The notes under the pieces were generated by a model that had not been told where the DNA came from, ran no database searches, and worked only from the letters and a program-made list of their open reading frames with translations. DNA of 64,000 nt, from positions 26,531 through 90,530 of the forward strand of contig CAWBAV010000023.1 of NCBI GenBank assembly GCA_963786865.1. Reading direction: 5' to 3'. The stretch comes from an uncultured delta proteobacterium. GTDB lineage: Bacteria; Myxococcota_A; Polyangia; Polyangiales; Houyiibacteriaceae. The position numbers and the translations under genes are program-made. Shown piece by piece: positions 58,074 to 64,000 of the stretch (the first letter of the stretch is position 1; the number at the start of each line of letters is the position of its first letter).

Positions 58074-59402
58074 ATGCGTGAGCCACCCCTTTCGACGCTC
58101 TCCGGATGGGGCCGGCATTCGGCTCTGGGGCGCGAGCGTGTTGGTGAGGATCTCGAGCGAATGAGCGAGGACGCGCATTTGTCACGGGGGCTCGGCCGTT
58201 CGTACGGCGACGCGTCGCTGCCCCCGGACGATCAGCCTGACGTCCTCAACACGACGTTCGCCGATCGAATCCTGGGATTCGACGAATGCAGCGGACTTTT
58301 TCGCGCCGAGGCCGGGCTCGCGCTCAGTGAGCTGAATCGCCTCTTGATGCCTCGCGGCTATTTCACACCTGTCTCACCGGGGACGAAGTTCGTCACCCTC
58401 GGCGGAATGGTTGCTGCTGACATCCACGGAAAGAACCAGCACAAAGAAGGGAACTTCGGCCACCACGTCACCGCGCTGAAGATGCGCGTCGCGGACGGTC
58501 GAGTGCTCGAGTGCTCGCCGGAGCAACACCCAGATCTATTCCGGGCCACGATCGGCGGAATGGGTCTCACCGGCCACATTCTCGAGGTGGAATTCGGGAT
58601 GCACCGCATTCCCTCTCGGTGGTTCTGGCAAGAAAACCGGCGTATTCACGACATCGACGAGTTCCAAGACGCGCTGGAAGAGGTAGCACCCGAGTGGCCC
58701 TACACCATGGGCTGGATCGACTGTCTTGCCCGCGGCAAGAACATGGGGCGGGGGATTCTCATGACCGCTCGATGGGCAGAGCCCGAGCAGGCGCCTTCCC
58801 GTCCACCCAGGTCGGGCTTTCAGCCGAGCCTGCATTTCGATTGGCCGTCGTGGGCTTTGAGCGGCCTCAGCATCCGGGCCTTCAACGAGCTCTACTATCG
58901 CAAGCAGTGGCGCCATCGATCGAGCGGCATCGTCAATCACGAGTCGTCTTACTACCCGCTCGACGCGATTCGCTCCTGGAATCGCATGTACGGTCGTCGC
59001 GGTTTCACCCAGTATCAATGCGTGCTTCCGCGTGAAGCGGGTCGGAGCTCTGCTCGGCGCGTTCTCGAGGTCTTGACCGCGCGAGGTGGCGCGTCGTTCC
59101 TATGCGTCATCAAAGACTTCGGGCGGGAGAGCCTAGGCATTCTGTCGTTCCCGCGCCCGGGCATCACGTTGGCCCTCGACATCGCGGTCCGCGACGAGAC
59201 GCAAGAGCTCGTCGACGCGTTGAACGAGCAGGTCCTCCAGGAGGGCGGGCGCATCTATCTAGCCAAGGACTCGTTCACGCGCCGGGAGCATTTCGAGGCA
59301 ATGGAGGGCAGCCGTCTCGACGAGTTCCGCGCTGTCCGCGACCGCTGGGATCCAAATCGACGATTTCGAAGCGCGCAGTCGGTGCGCTTGATGGGGGACT
59401 GA
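58074..59402 (+). CDS. FAD-dependent oxidoreductase, DprE1-like (decaprenylphosphoryl-beta-D-ribose oxidase family)
   Basis: LSGWGR..., RGLGRSYGD, TLGGMVAADIHGKNQHKEG, and GGMGLTGHILEVEF. It is followed 1 nt later by a short-chain dehydrogenase/reductase (SDR). Confidence 0.75.
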   Translation: MREPPLSTLSGWGRHSALGRERVGEDLERMSEDAHLSRGLGRSYGDASLPPDDQPDVLNTTFADRILGFDECSGLFRAEAGLALSELNRLLMPRGYFTPVSPGTKFVTLGGMVAADIHGKNQHKEGNFGHHVTALKMRVADGRVLECSPEQHPDLFRATIGGMGLTGHILEVEFGMHRIPSRWFWQENRRIHDIDEFQDALEEVAPEWPYTMGWIDCLARGKNMGRGILMTARWAEPEQAPSRPPRSGFQPSLHFDWPSWALSGLSIRAFNELYYRKQWRHRSSGIVNHESSYYPLDAIRSWNRMYGRRGFTQYQCVLPREAGRSSARRVLEVLTARGGASFLCVIKDFGRESLGILSFPRPGITLALDIAVRDETQELVDALNEQVLQEGGRIYLAKDSFTRREHFEAMEGSRLDEFRAVRDRWDPNRRFRSAQSVRLMGD

Positions 59403-59403
59403 C

Positions 59404-60141
59404 ATGAGAGCGGCGATTCTCGGAGCGACCAAAGGCATGGGGCGGTCTCTTGCGCGCGCGATGGCCGAGCGTGGCGACACCATTTGCCTTCTCGGTCGAA
59501 ATCGTGGCGATCTCGAGCGAAGCGCGATCGACCTGAGCGTGCGCGGCGCGACGGGCGAGGTCGCGTCCGTGCTCTGCGATCTCGAAGACCCCGAGACCTT
59601 CGGCGACGTGATGGAAACCGCCCGTGAGTCACTGGGAGGATTGGATGCCGTGATTGTGACGGCGGGGGTATTCGCCACCCAGGACGAGCTCGAAGCCGAT
59701 GCGGAGCTCGCGGAACGTCTGCTGCGCATCGACTTTTCCAACACGGTGTTGTTCTGCGAAGCCGCGAAGAAAGCGCTCCTCTCGGAAGGCGGAGGGACAC
59801 TCTGCGCGTTCAGCTCCGTAGCAGGCGAGCGCGGGCGCAAGCCAGTCATCCTATACGGCGCAGCCAAAGCCGGACTCACGCACTATCTCGAGGGCTTGGA
59901 TCACAAGCATCGGACGAATGGTCTGCGCGTGGTCACGGTCAAGCCTGGTTTCGTGAAGACGGGCATGACAGCGGGCCTCCAACCGCCCCCGTTTGCTGGC
60001 GAGCCGAACGCCGTGGCCAGGCGAGTCCTCCGAGCGATCGATCGCGGAAGGCCCGTCGTTTACGCGCCCGCCCCGTGGAGGCTCGTGATGGCCGTGATCA
60101 GAGCGCTACCCCGTGCGATCATGCGCCGCATCAACTTCTAG
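59404..60141 (+). CDS. Short-chain dehydrogenase/reductase (SDR), DprE2-like partner
   Basis: ILGATKGMGRSLA (TGxxxGxG-like), YGAAKAG (YxxxK), and a length of 245 aa. The start lies 1 nt after the DprE1-like stop. Confidence 0.7.
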   Translation: MRAAILGATKGMGRSLARAMAERGDTICLLGRNRGDLERSAIDLSVRGATGEVASVLCDLEDPETFGDVMETARESLGGLDAVIVTAGVFATQDELEADAELAERLLRIDFSNTVLFCEAAKKALLSEGGGTLCAFSSVAGERGRKPVILYGAAKAGLTHYLEGLDHKHRTNGLRVVTVKPGFVKTGMTAGLQPPPFAGEPNAVARRVLRAIDRGRPVVYAPAPWRLVMAVIRALPRAIMRRINF

Positions 60142-60144
60142 AAA

Positions 60145-60693
60145 TCACGGCTTTGCCGTGGACTCGATGAACGCACGAATGTCGGGACGAGTCGCCCTGT
60201 AGGCGGCTGCGACGTGTAGCGCCGCGCTGAAGGTGCTCACGAGCACGATACCCGCCACGACTTCCTGAAGGGTGGCCCCGGGTTGCTCGATCGGCAGCGG
60301 AACGAAGCTCAGTTTGACGTGAGAGACCAGCGAAATCGTGTAGGCAGCGATCCAAATCAGCTTCGCCACCACCGCCTGCTTGATCCACCATTGCGCCAAT
60401 CTGCGTCGCCAACTCAGCATGAAGCTGCCGATCAGCACCAGCGCCGAAACCACCACGTTCGCCGCGGCCATCGGCCTGCGATAGGGATTGGTCACCTGCG
60501 CCTCGAGAAGCTGCACCTCGGCTTCCGTGACCTCGACCTCCGGCGTGTAGAGCTCACGAACGTCCTCGGGAAGCGGAGCCAGGGATAGGTCGTACGCGCC
60601 TCTCAGCACGCCAGCAATGCCGAGCATCGTGAGCAGCGTCGATGTCAGTAGGATCGTCAAGACCACCTTTCTCTCCTTGGATTCGCTTGCCAT
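60145..60693 (-). CDS. Hypothetical 4-TM membrane protein
   Basis: 182 aa with four hydrophobic helices and no recognisable motif. Confidence 0.5.
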   Translation of the reverse strand: MASESKERKVVLTILLTSTLLTMLGIAGVLRGAYDLSLAPLPEDVRELYTPEVEVTEAEVQLLEAQVTNPYRRPMAAANVVVSALVLIGSFMLSWRRRLAQWWIKQAVVAKLIWIAAYTISLVSHVKLSFVPLPIEQPGATLQEVVAGIVLVSTFSAALHVAAAYRATRPDIRAFIESTAKP

Positions 60694-60755
60694 CGACCGG
60701 TCCTATCGTTGTACCCTGGCCGACGAAGCCGATCGACCCCAAAACCCAGGAACCC

Positions 60756-62489
60756 ATGATGGCCCCGGAACCGACTCGTTCCAGCGTGTTCTTCGATTCG
60801 GGCGAGCGAGACGATTTCACCCCCGATCGCATTCGCTGGCTCATCAACTTGAGATGGGTCGCGATGGCCGGCGTCCTTTTCGCGACCGGCCTCGTGCTCG
60901 CAGGCTACTTCCCCGGAGTCGCCTGGCCGGTTTTGTTGGGCGTCGTGGTCGCAGGAAGTCTCTACAACTTTCTCTTGACGAGGCGTGCTCCCGCGCCGGG
61001 CAAGCGAGGCGCGGTTTCTCAAGCACTCGTCGATCTGGTGATGCTCACCGTGGTTCTCTGGGCGGCCGGCGGCATATCGTCGCCGTTCATAGGTTTCTAC
61101 GTGTTTCACCTCGCCTTGATAGGCATTCTCGGTGGACCGGGCGCCACACTGGTTGCGACGGCGGCCGCCTTCGCCGGCGCTGGTTTCCTTGCGCTGCCCG
61201 AGTGGGTGCCCGCTCTGAAGATCGGCTCTTGGGATCCGGCGCCGCCCTGGGACACCATCGGCGACGTGGCGGCATTCATGACGACGGTGGGGGCGGCCGC
61301 GTACGTGGTACTGCATGCCGTTCGGGAGCTCCGAGATCGCGAGCGGGCGTTGGCCCGAGCGCGCGACCAGGCTCAGCTCGAATACGAGGTCATCTCCAAC
61401 ACGCTCGACGAGCTCGAAGCGGGCCTCGAGGTGGTATCTCCCGATGGCCGCATCGAGTGGCGGAATCGCTTGGCAGACGAGCTTGCCCCGCCCCCCAACG
61501 CGGACGGCATCTGGGAGTGCCCGATCGCGGAGCGCGAGTGCACAACCCAGCCCGCGGGCCTTTGTCCGGTTTGGCGAGCGCGTGACGATCGGGCCGAGGG
61601 GCGATGCGGCTTCAGCGTGGGTGACCGCTCGTACGAGATGCTTTCATTTCCGTTGGGTTCTCGGGAGGACGAACCGCCACGCATCATGAACCTCTACGTA
61701 GATCGCACGCAGATTCTTCACGCTGAACGTCAACTGCTCCACGCCGAGCGTTTGGCCAGCCTCGGCCGTGTCGCCCAAGGCGTTGCGCATGAGCTAAACA
61801 CACCTTTGGCGACGATTCGGACCTTGGCGGCCGATATGCGAGAGGCAATTCGATCGCTCGGTGGTGACGAGGCGTTGCAGTCTGACCTCGCAGAATCGGC
61901 GGCGCTCATCCGTGACGAGACTGGCCGACTCGGGCGCATTACGCACTCGCTGCTGACTGGCGGCACGCTTCCGCGTCTCCGTTTGAACGCATCCGCTTCG
62001 CTGCTTCCCATCGTCGAACGTGCCCAAGCTCTCGTTTTCGCCGGGGTCCGCGACGGCGGACCCGAGCTCCACATTGGTGACTCCATCGAGAACCTCACCG
62101 TCTCAGCCGATCCCGACCGCCTCTTGCAGGTCCTCGTCAACTTGCTGCAGAACGCGCTCGATTCGAACCGGGAAGCGGGAGGAAGTAGCGTTTGGGTGTA
62201 TGCGGAGCGACGTGGATCCTCCGTCGAGATCATCGTCGACGATCAAGGCGTCGGAATTCATCCAGATATCGCAGAACGACTCTTCGAGCCGTTCGCCACT
62301 ACGAAGCCTCCGGGTGAGGGCACCGGGCTCGGTCTTTATGCTTCGTACATGCTCGTTCAGACGATGGGTGGTGACCTCAGCATCGAGAACAGAGCCGAAG
62401 GCGGTGCTAGCGCCCGTATACGGCTTTCGCTTGGAGCGGAGACGCTTGCAAATGGGCCCGGGGTGCATCACCGTGCGCCCTGGCAATGA
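60756..62489 (+). CDS. Sensor histidine kinase (multi-TM N-terminus, Cys-containing PAS-like domain, HisKA, HATPase)
   Basis: H-box VAHELNTPLATI, N-box LLQNALDS, G1 VDDQGVGI, G2 GTGLGLY. The PAS-like domain starts LEAGLEVVSPDGRIEWRNR and carries 4 Cys. Start MMAPEP. Confidence 0.8.
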   Translation: MMAPEPTRSSVFFDSGERDDFTPDRIRWLINLRWVAMAGVLFATGLVLAGYFPGVAWPVLLGVVVAGSLYNFLLTRRAPAPGKRGAVSQALVDLVMLTVVLWAAGGISSPFIGFYVFHLALIGILGGPGATLVATAAAFAGAGFLALPEWVPALKIGSWDPAPPWDTIGDVAAFMTTVGAAAYVVLHAVRELRDRERALARARDQAQLEYEVISNTLDELEAGLEVVSPDGRIEWRNRLADELAPPPNADGIWECPIAERECTTQPAGLCPVWRARDDRAEGRCGFSVGDRSYEMLSFPLGSREDEPPRIMNLYVDRTQILHAERQLLHAERLASLGRVAQGVAHELNTPLATIRTLAADMREAIRSLGGDEALQSDLAESAALIRDETGRLGRITHSLLTGGTLPRLRLNASASLLPIVERAQALVFAGVRDGGPELHIGDSIENLTVSADPDRLLQVLVNLLQNALDSNREAGGSSVWVYAERRGSSVEIIVDDQGVGIHPDIAERLFEPFATTKPPGEGTGLGLYASYMLVQTMGGDLSIENRAEGGASARIRLSLGAETLANGPGVHHRAPWQ

Positions 62490-63824
62490 ATGGCAGCGTG
62501 CTAATCATCGACGACGATGCGGCGTTTCGCTTCGCGATGGCGAAAGCACTACGTCGAAGCGGCCATGAAGTGTCCGAGGCAGTCAGTGGTGAGGAAGCGG
62601 TGGAAGTGCTCTCCAATAGCGCACCCCCGGACATTGCCCTTCTCGACCTCAAGATGAAGGGGATAGGGGGGCTCGAGGTCTTGCGGCGCTGCGGGCCCAT
62701 CCCCACGCGAGTCATCGTTCTGACTGGGCACGGTACCGTGAAGGCGGCCGTCGAGGCCATGAAGCTCGGCGCATTCTCGTTCCTCGAGAAGCCGGTGGAC
62801 GCCAACATGTTGAGGCCGCTCCTCAAGCAGGCCCTGGTGGAGAAAGGGAGAACCGAGTCCGGTACGACTTCGCAAGCCATTCCCTTGATCGGAACGAGCC
62901 CGGCCATGGAAGAGGTGCGTGCGTTCGTTCGGACGGTCGCCCCGACCAATGAGACCGTCTTGGTGTTCGGAGAAACCGGCACAGGCAAGGAAGTCGTCGC
63001 TCGGCAGATTCACGCGCTGAGTCAGAGGGCCACCCGACCCTTCGTCGCGATGAACGCCGCCTGTGTTCCTAGAGAGCTATTCGAGAGCGAGCTGTTCGGT
63101 CACAAACGTGGCGCGTTCACTGGAGCACAAAGCGACAGGGCAGGGTTGTTCAGAGAAGCCAACGGCGGAACCTTGTTCATCGACGAGCTCGCGGAGCTTC
63201 CGTTGGAAAGCCAGGCGAAGCTGCTTCGTGCCATCGAGACCAAGTCGAATTCGCCCGGTTGGCGATTCTGGAGAAACCGAAGTGGACGTGCGTATCGTCG
63301 CAGCGACCAACCGGGACTTGTGGTCCGAAACCCAATCAGGCAGGTTTCGCGAAGACCTCTACTTTCGACTTCAAGTATTTCCGGTTCTGATTCCACCTCT
63401 TCGCGACCGGCAGACCGACATCGAACCCCTCGCCGTGCACCTGCTCGCGCGCCTCGGAAAGAACGACCTCCGACTCAGCGCCGAGTCCTTGGAAGCCCTT
63501 CGGGAATACGATTGGCCGGGCAACGTGCGTGAGCTACTCAACGTGCTTCGTCGCGCGTCCCTGTTCGCGATCTCAGACACGATCGACGGCGAGCTTCTCC
63601 GACGCATGATCGCCGCCAGCGTTTTTGGAAACGCTCGAGAATCCGCGCTTCCGCCTTCCCGTGACCAAACTGGCCGAGTGAGCCTCGCAGACGTCGAGCG
63701 TGATCACATCGAGCGCGTTCTGCGAGAGAAAGAGGGAAACATCACCAAGGCCGCCGCTGCTCTGGGCATCGATCGACGAACGCTGCAGCGCAAATTGCGA
63801 GCGTACGGAATGGAAACGCAGTAG
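62486..63824 (+). pseudogene. Sigma-54-dependent response regulator (NtrC family), one +1 frame break near 63245
   Basis: REC domain VLIIDDD...ALLDLKM. AAA+ domain VFGETGTGKEVVA, ESELFGHKRGAFTGA, LFIDELAELP, then ...LLRAIETKS. The protein continues in the next frame as IRPVGDSGETEVDVRIVAATNRDL...YDWPGNVREL and ends with the Fis-type HTH NITKAAAALGIDRRTLQRKL. Confidence 0.85.
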
Positions 63825-63852
63825 GGGATGTCATCACCGTGGCGAGGGGTTC

Positions 63853-64000
63853 GTGACTGTGCTGTTCAGCTACGCGTTTAGGCCACTCTTCACGCTGGTC
63901 ACGCTCTACGCCATCGTCGTCGTGCCACTTTGGGCAGCTGCCTGGCTCGGGCTCCTCACGATGCCCAGCGCGCTTGGGACGCCGTCCTGGTGGCACGCAC
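63853..64000 (+). CDS. nnrS: NnrS-family membrane protein (5' partial, runs off the window)
   Basis: GTG start. MTVLFSYAFRPLFTLVTLYAIVVVPLWAAAWLGLL...WWHA resembles the NnrS N-terminus (FRPFF...LW...WH). Confidence 0.5.
   Translation, partial: MTVLFSYAFRPLFTLVTLYAIVVVPLWAAAWLGLLTMPSALGTPSWWHA

Noticed and set aside
1-64000. Looked for CRISPR arrays, tRNA/rRNA genes, IS elements, integrases, and toxin-antitoxin or restriction-modification genes.
   Set aside because: I saw no regularly spaced direct repeats, no tRNA-like T-arm/acceptor patterns in the few intergenic regions longer than 150 nt, and no transposase, integrase, nuclease or helicase motifs in any supported ORF. This was a by-eye inspection only; tRNAscan-SE, Infernal and CRISPR finders should confirm it.

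Overview
A GC-rich bacterial chromosomal segment. The many lipoproteins, Cys-rich secreted proteins and eukaryote-like domains look like Myxococcota, but that is an inference. It is densely coding on both strands, with about 58 supportable genes. I saw no rRNA, tRNA, CRISPR array, transposase, integrase or phage genes. Main blocks in order: a sigma-70 factor, an amidase and the two methylcrotonyl-CoA carboxylase subunits; a diiron oxygenase, MerR regulator and ferredoxin-reductase set, followed by a sulfurtransferase and a thioesterase/methyltransferase/NRDE trio; Cys-rich and triple-Kazal lipoproteins and a sirtuin; a CASTOR/RCK-like channel, MscS and a porin; a bestrophin-porin-NicO operon divergent from a urease cluster (ureD, fused ureAB, ureC, ureF, ureG, urea transporter, no ureE); amt plus a porin; adenosine deaminase, gcvPB, an ArsA-like ATPase and ccmCD; an acyl-CoA dehydrogenase; a signal-peptide protein with FAM20/Golgi-kinase-like motifs; rarA, mrp and a GT-C-like membrane protein; SLT, nadB and metK; a DprE1/DprE2-like pair; and a histidine kinase, NtrC-type regulator and NnrS. 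At least eight single-base frame breaks interrupt six otherwise well-conserved genes, mostly at short runs of one base, so sequence indel errors are likely. No complete, obviously novel multi-gene system such as a defence island is evident. The best leads are the FAM20-like kinase, the diiron oxygenase/reductase module, the DprE1/E2 pair and the 4-Cys PAS kinase next to NnrS.
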